Positions 19,247-29,736 are shown, counted from the first letter of the stretch. The stretch is 64,000 nucleotides of DNA from a virus (IMGVR_UViG_3300042401_002002); one strand, 5' to 3'. Translations and numbers: made by a program. The notes: generated by a model not told the origin, from the letters alone.

Positions 19247-22039
19247 ATGGCTAAAAAGTATTTTACTCCAGAACAAGTTAATCATATTATTGATTGTTAC
19301 GAAAATAAAAATTATTCTATTAAAAATATAGCTGTGGAATACAGATGTGACCCTGGTACTATTACTAGGGTCTTAAATGAAAATGACGTAAAAATTAAAG
19401 ATTATAGGATACCATTTACGCCTGAACAAGAAGAGTATATTAAAATACAATATAACAATGGTAAAAGTACAGTCAAATTAGGTGAAGAATTTGGTTGTTC
19501 AGCTAAAGCTATTGGGTCTTTCTTGAAAAGAAATGAAATAGTTGTAACTAAATCAACATTATTGTGTGATGAAGATATATCTAACATTATTTTAGATTAC
19601 ATTGAAAATTCACTTACTTTAGAAGTTATTTCCGCAAAATATAATATTGCTAAAAGAAGACTTTCAGATATTTTACAAGAAAAGGGTATTGAAACAAAAA
19701 ATAAATTATATAAAACATTTTCAGAAGAAGATGTTAAAGAGATTATCAAAATGTACACTATCGGATTTATTAGTTTAAAGAAGATAGGTGAAAAATATAA
19801 TTGCGATAAAAGTGTTATTAGTAATCTTCTAAAGAAAAACAAGATTGAAATATATGATAGAAACCTTAAACACCATTTAATTGACGATGAAACCGTTTGT
19901 AATGAACATATTAACGGTTTATCAATAAATGATTTAAGTAAAAAATATGGTTGTTCTGACACAGTTATTACTAGAATTTTACAAAAAAATAACATTGAAA
20001 CTATTAATCATAGATTTTATAATTTTTCTAAAGAACAAGTTGATGAATTAATTAGGTTATACACAACTGAACTTAAACCAACATCTGAGTTATCTGTTTT
20101 ATTTGACTGTACTGTTGATAGAGTTAATAAGATTTTACATGATAATAATGTATCTTTAATTAAACAAGCAGCAAATAAAATAACTTTCTCTACTGAAGAT
20201 ATTGATAAAATAAAAAGTTTACACAAAACAATGTCTAACAAAGAAATAGGTAGTTTATTTAATTGTAGTCCTGATACAATCAGACGACTTCTAAATAAGG
20301 AAGGTGTTAATACAAGTAAAAATTATCAAACCGAACAAAGTGTCATTGATAATATTGTTATTGATTATTCAATAAATAAACTTAGTACTAGAACATTATC
20401 TGAAAAATATAATTTCTCTCAAACGTATATTAGTAAGGTTTTAAAAGAAAATAATGTTGAAGCTAATTTAAGATATATAATTTCAGTTTCTTCTGATGAA
20501 GAGAAAGAAATTATTAGAAAACATGTTGAAGATAGAAAAACTTTAACTGAGATTAGTAATGAATATGGCATTAATATTAAATTTTTAAGTGAAAATATCT
20601 TTAAAAAGAATAATATTAATATTCAACTTAAAAAACCTGCTCAAGAGAAATTAAATATTGAACAAATATTAACCGAACTAAAAACAGGTAAAGGTATTTC
20701 AACTATCGCTAGAGAGAATAATTGTTCTTTCGGTACTATAAACTCAATAGCTATTAGTAATGGAATTAAAACAACAAATGAATTAACAGATGTTTTTACT
20801 AATGAGTTGATTCTTAAAAAAGAAAATAGAAGATTTGTATTTGATAATTATCAAACTAAATTTGTTATTGAAAAATACACTAATGGTGCAACAATAAAAC
20901 AAATTAGTAATTTCCTTAAAGTTGACTATACTACAATCCACAGGGTACTTGTAAATAACAATATAAAGGTTCAACATAAATTATTAAAAACATTTACTGA
21001 ACAAGTTGAAGAAGATATCTGTTCAGAATACGTTGATAATAACAAAACTATGTTAGAAATTGGCAAACTATACAATGTGTCACAATCAGTTATTAGAAAA
21101 GTTCTAATAAAACACAACGTAGAAATTACCAATAATTATTATTCATCGGTTAACGAAAATAAAATTCGTTATATTCTTGGTTATTTTATTCCAACTATTC
21201 ACAAGAAATCAGATTGTGATAATATTTTGCAAGCTAAGGAAATAGACATTATTGATTATACCAAAAAGATTGGTATAGAATATAACGGAACATATTTTCA
21301 TAGAAGCGAGAATAAATCCGAAACTTATCATATTGATAAAACAAAAGAAGCTTCGTCTGCCGGTTATAAACTGTATCATGTTTTTGATGATGAATATGTA
21401 CATGATTCTGTTAAAATAATAAACCGACTTTTGAAGTTATTTAAAACAGGTTTGTATATTACTGAAGATACTTATGATGAACTAGAAGAATGTTTCTTCA
21501 GCAATACTAGTTACGATGAAATTTACATTGAAGGTTTAGTTAAAACCAAACTACCACTTTCTGAATGTACGATAACTAAAGTTGAACCAACTAAACAATA
21601 TTATCAGTTTTACACTGCGTTTGGTTTATTGAAATCTTACGATGAAACTATTAATAATGTCAATTACAATATTGAACATAAAGAATACGGTTTAATTGGT
21701 TATATTAGTATTAATAAAACAACCAATACTGTTGAAAATTTATTCATTGAAGATGATTATGTAATTACAGGTTTAAACAAAAGAATCTTTGATTTATATT
21801 TAAATGAATTTAAACCAACTGAGTTATTTATTGAAATTGACAGAAGATACGCTTCAGAGCCAGAGAATTTATCTGGTTTATCATTTGAGTTAATTAACGA
21901 AACAGAACCTAGAATTCATTATTTTAAGAATTATTCAAGATATATCGCAACTAATGAAACTAATTTAGAATTGGATTCTGATGTTGAGTGGAACATTATT
22001 CACGATTGTGGGACTTGGAAATATAAATTGATTAAATAA
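19247..22039 (+). CDS. 930-aa protein with about 13 tandem HTH-like modules and a C-terminal putative Vsr/DUF559-like nuclease domain
   Basis: Repeated ~48-aa units (..IA.EY.CS..TI.R.L..N.I..), then IDIIDYTKKIGIEYNGTYFH. Confidence 0.55.
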   Translation: MAKKYFTPEQVNHIIDCYENKNYSIKNIAVEYRCDPGTITRVLNENDVKIKDYRIPFTPEQEEYIKIQYNNGKSTVKLGEEFGCSAKAIGSFLKRNEIVVTKSTLLCDEDISNIILDYIENSLTLEVISAKYNIAKRRLSDILQEKGIETKNKLYKTFSEEDVKEIIKMYTIGFISLKKIGEKYNCDKSVISNLLKKNKIEIYDRNLKHHLIDDETVCNEHINGLSINDLSKKYGCSDTVITRILQKNNIETINHRFYNFSKEQVDELIRLYTTELKPTSELSVLFDCTVDRVNKILHDNNVSLIKQAANKITFSTEDIDKIKSLHKTMSNKEIGSLFNCSPDTIRRLLNKEGVNTSKNYQTEQSVIDNIVIDYSINKLSTRTLSEKYNFSQTYISKVLKENNVEANLRYIISVSSDEEKEIIRKHVEDRKTLTEISNEYGINIKFLSENIFKKNNINIQLKKPAQEKLNIEQILTELKTGKGISTIARENNCSFGTINSIAISNGIKTTNELTDVFTNELILKKENRRFVFDNYQTKFVIEKYTNGATIKQISNFLKVDYTTIHRVLVNNNIKVQHKLLKTFTEQVEEDICSEYVDNNKTMLEIGKLYNVSQSVIRKVLIKHNVEITNNYYSSVNENKIRYILGYFIPTIHKKSDCDNILQAKEIDIIDYTKKIGIEYNGTYFHRSENKSETYHIDKTKEASSAGYKLYHVFDDEYVHDSVKIINRLLKLFKTGLYITEDTYDELEECFFSNTSYDEIYIEGLVKTKLPLSECTITKVEPTKQYYQFYTAFGLLKSYDETINNVNYNIEHKEYGLIGYISINKTTNTVENLFIEDDYVITGLNKRIFDLYLNEFKPTELFIEIDRRYASEPENLSGLSFELINETEPRIHYFKNYSRYIATNETNLELDSDVEWNIIHDCGTWKYKLIK

Positions 22040-22093
22040 TATTAAGGTAATTAAACATAAAAGTTGTAAGACTATTTACAATAAACGACTTTT

Positions 22094-25045
22094 ATGTTTA
22101 ATAACAAACCTAAAGAAATTGAATTGATAAATGAAGGTTTAATTCCAAGTATATTATCACATCAAGAAATGTTAAAAATGGGTGCGACAGGTGCTTTATC
22201 AAGAGCATTTGAAAGATATATTCTTTTAGATAAAATAGAAGGATTAGACCCAGAACCTTCTACATGGGGTGATGGTTATGAATTTAAAAAAGGTGAAGAA
22301 ATTAAAAGTTCAATCGAAGTTATTTACGATAAAGACCGTGATATTTATTTTTTACAAAACGGTAATCATCGCATTAAACAAGCTAGAGTTAACGGTGATA
22401 AATATATACGTGCATTTATACAACCAGATAATGGTAAAATAGGTAATGATGCAAAATTATCTATAAGTGAATCATTAAATGAAACACGACTTAACGAAGG
22501 TTACGAAGAAATTAAAGATATTAATGAATTAGCTAATGATATTATATATTCATTAAGTTATAAATTAAATGCAACAAAAACACCTAGTAAAAGTAACCCA
22601 GGTACATATTTATATGAATTTAATAAAGCTATTACTACAATAGAAGAATCTATTAATTTTCAAAAAACTGTTAAATATCAAAATTTTACATCTAATAATT
22701 TTAAAAACTTTTGTGATAAGTTTAAAAATATTTCAATTACTTTTGAAAAAGGTTCAAAGGATAATGAAGGTAGATACAATCTTAATACTAAGAGTATTAT
22801 ATTATTTATTACAGATGAAAAAGAACTAGAAATTAATCAAGATTTAAATATTGATAATAAAGTTACAACTACTAAAGATATATATTTTAAAATTCATGGT
22901 AAGTTCATTTCTATATTAGAACATGAATTACAACATGTTTATGATGACTATATTTCAAAAGGTCAAGCTTTTAATGTTAAACAAACTAAACATGAATACG
23001 ATTATACTCAATTTGATGATGCTAAAGAATATTTAAATTTACCTTATGAAGTTAATGCTAGATTTACTCAAGCTATTAATAAAATTAATTTCTTAGAATT
23101 AGTGGATTTTACTGATGATAATAAACAAATTGAAAGACCTTATGAATTTAAAAAAGTATTACGTGATTTTTTATATCAATTTCCACATAAACATTTGTTA
23201 AATCAAAATGTTAAAAATACTGTTATCAAAAGGTTATATAATATTTACAACAAAGCTATTGAAAAAGCTAAAACTGATGATAAAATTGAGTTAATTAAAG
23301 AAAATAACTTAGATTACACTACAACTGATGATAAAAATAATGTTTTAATTTATGTTGATGGTAATAAAATATTAAACAAATTAAAAACTGATTCACCAGA
23401 GTTTGATATTACTAATAAAGATAACCAAATTGGTAATAGAGTTGAGAAAGCTAAAGAGTTTATTAGTAATTACAAAACCGACAAAAGACCAATTCACCCT
23501 ACGACAGGTGAAAGAATAGATTATTTAGGTAAACATAGTTTTGAACCTTCAGTTGCATCTTTTGATATGAATGGTAAGTTAGGTTTTACTGACGGTAGAC
23601 ATAGAATATTAGCAGCAATTGAATCTGGAATAAACAAAGTAGGTGTATTAGTACCTAAAAACCAAGTAGATATGTTTAAAGATTTAATAAACGAATCCAA
23701 CTCACAACTTGAAGACACGTTTATTAAAATAAATTCACCAAATATTAAATCACACATTGATTCTTTAATTAATAAATACAGTGAGAAATCTGAGGTTATG
23801 AATTATATTAAACATGCTGATGAAGAATCAAATAAACCTGAGTATTCTATTTCATATACATATTGTAAAAAACTAATTAGTTTAGCTACTAATTTAAAAG
23901 ACAAACATGGTCTTGATAAAGATAAATTTGAATTATATGGTGGTTTTCCTCTTATAAATTATTTATCAAAAGAACTAAATAATAAACGTGAAATAATATC
24001 ACGTTCTAAAAAAATAAAAACTATGGCAGGATTTAATCACCAATATAACAAAGAACATGAAAGAGTTGGTTTAATTAAGAATGGTAAAAAATATGTTGAT
24101 AGAAATTTAAGAGAATGTATTGAATTAATTAAAGAATCTGAAGTTAAGGTAAATAAAGAAGCTTCATGTATTGTTTTATTAAATGAAGACAAAAAAATAT
24201 TATTACTTAAACGTAGTGATAAAACCCCTTGGGAACCTGGTAAATGGTCTTTAGTTGGTGGAAAGATTGATTTAGGTGAAAACGCTAAAGAAGCTGCTAT
24301 TAGAGAATGTGGTGAGGAAACAGGTTTAGGTATCAAAGGAAATAAATTAATTTATTGTTTCACAATGAAAGAGGATGACTATGAAGTTAATTTCTTTATT
24401 GGTGTTTCTGAAGGTAGTGATGTTAGATTAAATGGTGAACATACTGAATATAAATGGGTTAACCCAAATGAAATACCTGAACTAGAAACAGTACCTAATT
24501 TATTAGGTGAAATTAAAAAGTGTTTTGAAACGTTAAATGAAAATAAAGAAGAAACGGTTATTAACGAAGAATTCAATAAAACTGAATATTTAAAATGGAA
24601 ACGTAATAATGTAACATATAGAGGAATTAAAGAATTAGGTCAAGATAACAATGTTTATGGTTCTTTTGGTAAAGGTTTATATACTGTACCAGCTAGCAAT
24701 AAAGTTATGGCTAAAACTTTCGGAAAACTTTATTTTGTTGTAAATGGTATACCAAAAAATCCTAAAGTTGTTAATTCATTAAATGATGCTGAAATGTTCA
24801 GATATAATCTTATTAATGAATATTGTAAACAACATAATAACATTAAATCAGACGGATTTTTTGATGATAATACATCAATGGAAGCTGAAATGTTAAAGCT
24901 TGGTTATGATGGTTTTGTTATTAAAGGTAGAGAAATGGTTAATTATAAACCTGAAAATGATAAGGTTAAATATTTTTCAAATGAAAACCAATTAATTCAA
25001 TATTATGAAAACTTTATCGAAAACAATAATTCTGTTATTAACTAA
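22094..25045 (+). CDS. 983-aa multidomain protein: two ParB/Srx-like domains plus a NUDIX hydrolase domain
   Basis: LQNGNHRIKQA and GFTDGRHRILAAIESG (ParB-N-like); Nudix box GGKIDLGENAKEAAIRECGEETGL. Confidence 0.7.
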   Translation: MFNNKPKEIELINEGLIPSILSHQEMLKMGATGALSRAFERYILLDKIEGLDPEPSTWGDGYEFKKGEEIKSSIEVIYDKDRDIYFLQNGNHRIKQARVNGDKYIRAFIQPDNGKIGNDAKLSISESLNETRLNEGYEEIKDINELANDIIYSLSYKLNATKTPSKSNPGTYLYEFNKAITTIEESINFQKTVKYQNFTSNNFKNFCDKFKNISITFEKGSKDNEGRYNLNTKSIILFITDEKELEINQDLNIDNKVTTTKDIYFKIHGKFISILEHELQHVYDDYISKGQAFNVKQTKHEYDYTQFDDAKEYLNLPYEVNARFTQAINKINFLELVDFTDDNKQIERPYEFKKVLRDFLYQFPHKHLLNQNVKNTVIKRLYNIYNKAIEKAKTDDKIELIKENNLDYTTTDDKNNVLIYVDGNKILNKLKTDSPEFDITNKDNQIGNRVEKAKEFISNYKTDKRPIHPTTGERIDYLGKHSFEPSVASFDMNGKLGFTDGRHRILAAIESGINKVGVLVPKNQVDMFKDLINESNSQLEDTFIKINSPNIKSHIDSLINKYSEKSEVMNYIKHADEESNKPEYSISYTYCKKLISLATNLKDKHGLDKDKFELYGGFPLINYLSKELNNKREIISRSKKIKTMAGFNHQYNKEHERVGLIKNGKKYVDRNLRECIELIKESEVKVNKEASCIVLLNEDKKILLLKRSDKTPWEPGKWSLVGGKIDLGENAKEAAIRECGEETGLGIKGNKLIYCFTMKEDDYEVNFFIGVSEGSDVRLNGEHTEYKWVNPNEIPELETVPNLLGEIKKCFETLNENKEETVINEEFNKTEYLKWKRNNVTYRGIKELGQDNNVYGSFGKGLYTVPASNKVMAKTFGKLYFVVNGIPKNPKVVNSLNDAEMFRYNLINEYCKQHNNIKSDGFFDDNTSMEAEMLKLGYDGFVIKGREMVNYKPENDKVKYFSNENQLIQYYENFIENNNSVIN

Positions 25046-25071
25046 ACTATTTAATTTAAACAACTAAAAAC

Positions 25072-25299
25072 ATGGCAATTATAAAATCAAAAGTTAAGGC
25101 TTCACAAACCTTACAAAAACCTGTATTAGAAGCAAAGAATGATTATAAAGAAGCGAAACAATACTCTATATCTGATACTTTGACAGCAAATGGTGGTAAA
25201 AGTGATAACGGTAGTTTCTTGGATATTAGTCAACGAGCTAAATTGCAAGCGTCCAACATTTTCTCTGATAATTCTCCGTATGGAATGCCGTCTGACTGA
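25072..25299 (+). CDS. Hypothetical small protein
   Basis: 75-aa ORF. Confidence 0.35.
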   Translation: MAIIKSKVKASQTLQKPVLEAKNDYKEAKQYSISDTLTANGGKSDNGSFLDISQRAKLQASNIFSDNSPYGMPSD

Positions 25300-25312
25300 A
25301 AATCAATAACTT

Positions 25313-25350
25313 ACAAAACAAAAACCCTTATCTAAATTATTCAGATAAGG
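25313..25350. terminator. Bidirectional terminator
   Basis: aacccttatct..agataagggtt hairpin with flanking T/A runs. Confidence 0.6.
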
Positions 25351-25375
25351 GTTTTCTATTTTAAATAGTTGTTAA

Positions 25376-25882
25376 TTACTTAACAAAACCTTTTTTCTTA
25401 TGTTCAATATAATGTTTTGTTTTAAAATAATCAACATAAGTTTTTCCATTAAACACTAATACACCTTGAGGTTGACCTGGTGTAATTCCAATATGTAACC
25501 AATCTGGCATAACGACATCACCTTTCTCCCAAATAAGTTTTGTGAATTTTAAAGTTTTTCTGTTATTAACCAACCAAAAGAAAACTTGGTCACTTATTTC
25601 TTTACCATCCTTAATGAAAGTTTCATCAAATGCCTGACCATCTAAATGTTGTGATTTTTTAGCTGCACCTGGAATAGCATCGTTAACACGTTTACAACGA
25701 TAAGCAACGGTTGGTGAAAATGACCCAAATTGTTTTCTAATTGGTTCGGCTACTTCAATAGCTAATAATTTAAGATTTTCTATAATATTAGCTGGTGGAT
25801 TAAATTGTTCTTTAATCCCAAGACGCATTGCAGTTGCTGAAGAAGTAAATTCCCTCAGACTAAAATTTTCTGATAATTGCAT
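25376..25882 (-). CDS. Peptidase M15 (L-Ala-D-Glu/D-Ala-D-Ala peptidase-type) endolysin
   Basis: FSLREF...VAYRCKRVNDAIPGAAKKSQHLDGQAFD matches the Peptidase_M15_3 zinc-site pattern. Confidence 0.75.
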   Translation of the reverse strand: MQLSENFSLREFTSSATAMRLGIKEQFNPPANIIENLKLLAIEVAEPIRKQFGSFSPTVAYRCKRVNDAIPGAAKKSQHLDGQAFDETFIKDGKEISDQVFFWLVNNRKTLKFTKLIWEKGDVVMPDWLHIGITPGQPQGVLVFNGKTYVDYFKTKHYIEHKKKGFVK

Positions 25883-25921
25883 AGTTTAAAATATTTTTAA
25901 TAAATAGTTTAGGTTTACTGA

Positions 25922-25950
25922 AACCTTTTCTATAACTTTGCGTTCAAGAA
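25922..25950 (+). promoter_or_regulatory. Class-A promoter (aaccttttcTATAACTTTGCGTTcaag)
   Basis: Exact 41-bp duplicate of the element at 26430..26470; contains TAacTTTG. Confidence 0.5.
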
Positions 25951-25967
25951 CATATAATTTATATAAA

Positions 25968-26429
25968 ATGGTAATAACTGAAGAAGTAGCTGAATTTTGT
26001 TTAAACAACAATCTAACATTTAACCAATTCTTTGGAATTGAAAAAATTATTGGTTCTTTAGATTTAAGTAAAGTTAAACATTTACCTAAAGGGTTTGAAC
26101 CTGTTATAGAAGGTTCATTATATTTAAACTCATTAAAAAGTATTGAATACAAGACACGTTTTATTGTTAGTGAACGATTACATTTACCATCATTAAGATA
26201 TTTATGCACTGATTGTGTATTATTTGTTCTTGGGACAATTTATTTATCAAATTTAAAGTCAATTCCTAGCAGAACTACAATTGTAACAAATACTGTTTTA
26301 GATATTATGAATTGTATATTTATAACAGATAGTTCAGTTATAATAAGTAAAGAGTATATTATTAATAACAATAATTTAAAAATAAATAATGTTATTTCCT
26401 TTGAAAAATTAGTTGATAATTTAAAATAA
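25968..26429 (+). CDS. Hypothetical protein (first ATG after the promoter; track ORF 25938)
   Basis: ORF downstream of a class-A promoter; preferred over the antisense ORF 25886..26209. Confidence 0.45.
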   Translation: MVITEEVAEFCLNNNLTFNQFFGIEKIIGSLDLSKVKHLPKGFEPVIEGSLYLNSLKSIEYKTRFIVSERLHLPSLRYLCTDCVLFVLGTIYLSNLKSIPSRTTIVTNTVLDIMNCIFITDSSVIISKEYIINNNNLKINNVISFEKLVDNLK

Positions 26430-26434
26430 ACTGA

Positions 26435-26462
26435 AACCTTTTCTATAACTTTGCGTTCAAGA
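26435..26462 (+). promoter_or_regulatory. Class-A promoter (duplicate)
   Basis: Identical to 25922..25950. Confidence 0.5.
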
Positions 26463-26489
26463 ACATATAATCAAAATATAAATAAAGAA

Positions 26490-27062
26490 ATGAAAAAAAC
26501 TAAATTCGATGTGTTTGTTGGTGACACTTATATTACAACTATTAATCCAACTTTAATTAAAAGACAAAACATTGATTCAGATGGTTTAAAACTTATCAAG
26601 GAATTACATAAAATAAAATATTCTGTTTTAAAACAAATGGAAGAAACAGATGATTCTGATAAGTTAAAAGAATTGGGTAAAAGTATTACTGATATCGAAT
26701 TTAAGTTACAAAAAGCTTGGGGTTTTAAAGAAGATATTAATTTTCATAGATTCTGGGATGTCCCTAAATGTGAATGTCCAAAAATGGATAATGAAGATAG
26801 TTACCCTTCTGGTCATTATGTAATAAATCAAAATTGCCCAGTACACTGTGTTTTCCATAGTTCTATTGAATCAGAATTAGAAAGTGATAACAACATAACA
26901 GAATTTGTTTTGAACGCTAAGAATGATGTTAAAACAGCAAATATTGAAGAGTTAACAAAAGGTGCAAGTTACCTTGCTAAAATAGCTGATTTAGTAGGTA
27001 AAGGTGACTTAACAAAAATTAACGATTTAAAGAAAGCTATTAATTCAATTAATCTTAATTAA
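26490..27062 (+). CDS. Hypothetical protein
   Basis: ORF starting MKKTKFDV after the promoter. Confidence 0.5.
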   Translation: MKKTKFDVFVGDTYITTINPTLIKRQNIDSDGLKLIKELHKIKYSVLKQMEETDDSDKLKELGKSITDIEFKLQKAWGFKEDINFHRFWDVPKCECPKMDNEDSYPSGHYVINQNCPVHCVFHSSIESELESDNNITEFVLNAKNDVKTANIEELTKGASYLAKIADLVGKGDLTKINDLKKAINSINLN

Positions 27063-27064
27063 AA

Positions 27065-27445
27065 ATGAATCAAATCCAAGAAGTAATCAAACAAATAAAA
27101 ACTTCAATTCAGTTAATTGAAGAAAAACAATACCAACGTGCTAAACAAATATTGGTTGATTTGGCTGGAACTAATTATTCTTTATTAGAAGAATATAATA
27201 AGGAATTCGGTGAGATAGATACATTAATTAGAGAACAAGAAGACTTAAAAACTGAAGTTCGAGATTTGGAATCTAAAATTGAAGATAAAGATACTGAAAT
27301 TGATGAAAAAGAAGATGAAATTACATCTTTAGAAAATGATATTCTTCAACTTAATAGTAAAATTCAAGAATTAGAACAAGAAGTCGAAATGTTGACTGAT
27401 GAAAAGAATAGTTTAGAACTAAAATTATTTGATTTCAGAAATTAA
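27065..27445 (+). CDS. Coiled-coil protein
   Basis: Heptad-like E/K/L-rich 126-aa ORF. Confidence 0.5.
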   Translation: MNQIQEVIKQIKTSIQLIEEKQYQRAKQILVDLAGTNYSLLEEYNKEFGEIDTLIREQEDLKTEVRDLESKIEDKDTEIDEKEDEITSLENDILQLNSKIQELEQEVEMLTDEKNSLELKLFDFRN

Positions 27446-27525
27446 ATATAAAATATATTAACATAATATTTGTTTATTATGTTTTCAATAACTAAATTTG
27501 CACTATCAATTTAAACAATTAACTA

Positions 27526-28233
27526 ATGCAGTTCACACACGAATACAATTTAATCAAAATATTTCAGGAATCATTCTCATTTCCTGTTCTTTGTTATTCA
27601 CCGTTAAATAACAAAACAATTACATTAAGACATAACTTAATTAAAGAAGAAGCTGAAGAAACACAAGAAGGTATCGAACTTTACTTACAAAGAATTAAAG
27701 AAAATGTTTTACAACCAAAAGATGACTCTTTAGTTGAGATAGCGGATGGTTTAGGTGACTTAACCGTTGTAACATTAGGTAGTTTATTTACATTCGGTTT
27801 ATCTGTTGATTTAGAACTAGGTAAGAAATTTAGTTTACAAGCTCCCATGTATTTTAGAGATGATACTAGCACTATCATCTACCTTTTAGATAATTATATT
27901 TTAAAAGAATATGATGATTCAGTTAGTTTAGAAGATTATCATGGTGCTTTAAATTTAATTCTTTTAGAAATTAAAAGACTTTGGAATGTTTTCTTACCTA
28001 AAGTATCTTTTAAAGACATATATGAAGAAATTCATAATTCAAACATGTCAAAAGCTTGTGAGACAGAAGAAACAGCTTTAAAAACAATTGCACAACCTCA
28101 ATATAAAGATGTTAATTTATCTTACACTGTAACAGATGGTAGATATTTTGTTAGACGTGACGATAACAAACTAATCAAAAGTTGCGATTATAAACCTGCT
28201 AATTTAAGTCCTATTGTTTATGAAACTAAATAG
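27526..28233 (+). CDS. Possible MazG-like NTP pyrophosphohydrolase
   Basis: EEAEETQEG...VEIADGLGDLTVV resembles the MazG EExxE/ELGDxL motifs; weak. Confidence 0.4.
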   Translation: MQFTHEYNLIKIFQESFSFPVLCYSPLNNKTITLRHNLIKEEAEETQEGIELYLQRIKENVLQPKDDSLVEIADGLGDLTVVTLGSLFTFGLSVDLELGKKFSLQAPMYFRDDTSTIIYLLDNYILKEYDDSVSLEDYHGALNLILLEIKRLWNVFLPKVSFKDIYEEIHNSNMSKACETEETALKTIAQPQYKDVNLSYTVTDGRYFVRRDDNKLIKSCDYKPANLSPIVYETK

Positions 28234-28522
28234 ATTATCAGAAAAAACTCTTCAAGAAACTGAAAATCTTGAAGAGTTGTATTACAAAATGTTCTTCACA
28301 GTTGATGGTGAATTTATTGGTCCAGTTGGATGTAAAACATTTGAAGATTTTTACAATCTGTATTGTTTCTTTACAGAACATATTTGTAAACTAATTCCTG
28401 ATATAACTTTAGGTGAGTTTCTAAAATTCGATAGGAACTACTCAAAGTTACAAGAAATTTATACATGGAAAAACACCGAGTTTTACATTAAAGCTCTTGA
28501 ATTTGAAATAAACAAAAAATAA
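28214..28522 (+). CDS. Hypothetical protein
   Basis: 102-aa ORF. Confidence 0.4.
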   Translation: MFMKLNRLSEKTLQETENLEELYYKMFFTVDGEFIGPVGCKTFEDFYNLYCFFTEHICKLIPDITLGEFLKFDRNYSKLQEIYTWKNTEFYIKALEFEINKK

Positions 28523-28526
28523 ACCG

Positions 28527-28805
28527 ATGGGATATAATTTTAAAAAGAAAACAGTTGTTTGTGATTGTGAATGTCAGCGTGGTTCAAACTGTGGACGAAA
28601 AACTTGTTTTATGTTTAGATACGGAACAAATACTGATATAGGTGATTTATACATTAAAGACATACCACCAAATACTGAAAATGAAGATTCATTACCATAT
28701 CAACACATTAGAACATTCACCGATGATGAAATATCCGCTATATGTAGTGTAATGGAAGGTGGTCAAAGCGAGGAAGAAATAACTAAAAACGATAAATTAG
28801 CTTAA
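28527..28805 (+). CDS. Small Cys-rich protein
   Basis: CDCECQRGSNCGRKTC cluster. Confidence 0.45.
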   Translation: MGYNFKKKTVVCDCECQRGSNCGRKTCFMFRYGTNTDIGDLYIKDIPPNTENEDSLPYQHIRTFTDDEISAICSVMEGGQSEEEITKNDKLA

Positions 28806-28823
28806 AAATATTAGGTTATTTAA

Positions 28824-28850
28824 AACCTTTTAATTAATTTTACGTTCAAG
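28824..28850 (+). promoter_or_regulatory. Class-A promoter (aaccttttaatTAATTTTACGTTcaag)
   Basis: Motif family member. Confidence 0.5.
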
Positions 28851-28866
28851 ATAAAAACAAATTATT

Positions 28867-29736
28867 ATGTTTATAAAATCAACAAACGATTTCGAGAAAA
28901 TTTACCAAGATATGTTTCAAGCCATTCATCAATATGGTGAATGGTCAACTGAAAAAGTACGTACCAAATACATAGATGGTACACCAGCTAAAAGAAAACA
29001 AATAATTGGTTATCAATTTAAATTTGATAACTCTACTGATGTAGTACCATTAGTTAGAAGTAGATTCATTCCTACTAAAGATGCTTTACGTGAGATGCAG
29101 TGGATTTGGATTATGCAATCTAACAAAGTACAAGACCTTAGAGATTTGGGTTGTAAATATTGGAACCAATGGGAGAAGGAAGATGGTACGATAGGTCCAT
29201 CTTATGGACATCAAATAGCTAAGTCTGTTTTCGGACACAAAAACCAATTAGATTATATTCTACATGAATTAAAAAACAATCCGGATTCAACTAGAATATT
29301 AACTGAACTTTGGAACACTAGTGATATTGATAACATGTCATTAACACCATGTATTCATTTAACACAATGGTCTGTTAATAATGGTAAAGTTCATTTAGAA
29401 GTTAGAGCAAGAAGCCAGGATTTTGCTTTAGGTTTATGTTCTAATGTATATCAGTATTCGATTTTACATAAAAAAGTTTGTCAACAAATAGGTTTACCAG
29501 CTGGTGATATGTTATATACTATTCATAATTTACATTATTATGACCGACATGAAGAGAATTTATTAAAACAATTTTCTGTTTATAATAATGAAATTAAAGG
29601 TTCTAAACTAGATGTTTTATCAACAGCTAACCTAACCAAACTAGATAGTATCTATGATTTTGTTGCTGATAAACATGTTGAATTAATAACGACCAACAAA
29701 GAATTACCAAAATATAAGTTTGAAATAGCAATATAA
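28867..29736 (+). CDS. Thymidylate synthase family protein (ThyA, or a dCMP/dUMP hydroxymethylase homolog)
   Basis: DSTRILTELWN and SLTPCIHLTQW...RSQDFALGLCSNVYQYSIL align to the ThyA RR..SAWN / LPPCH...QRS.D...G.PFNIASY core. Confidence 0.8.
   Translation: MFIKSTNDFEKIYQDMFQAIHQYGEWSTEKVRTKYIDGTPAKRKQIIGYQFKFDNSTDVVPLVRSRFIPTKDALREMQWIWIMQSNKVQDLRDLGCKYWNQWEKEDGTIGPSYGHQIAKSVFGHKNQLDYILHELKNNPDSTRILTELWNTSDIDNMSLTPCIHLTQWSVNNGKVHLEVRARSQDFALGLCSNVYQYSILHKKVCQQIGLPAGDMLYTIHNLHYYDRHEENLLKQFSVYNNEIKGSKLDVLSTANLTKLDSIYDFVADKHVELITTNKELPKYKFEIAI

Noticed and set aside
25886-26209. Minus-strand ORF overlapping 25968..26429
   Set aside because: The plus-strand ORF is preceded by an exact class-A promoter copy and is co-directional with its neighbours. 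The minus-strand ORF has no signal.
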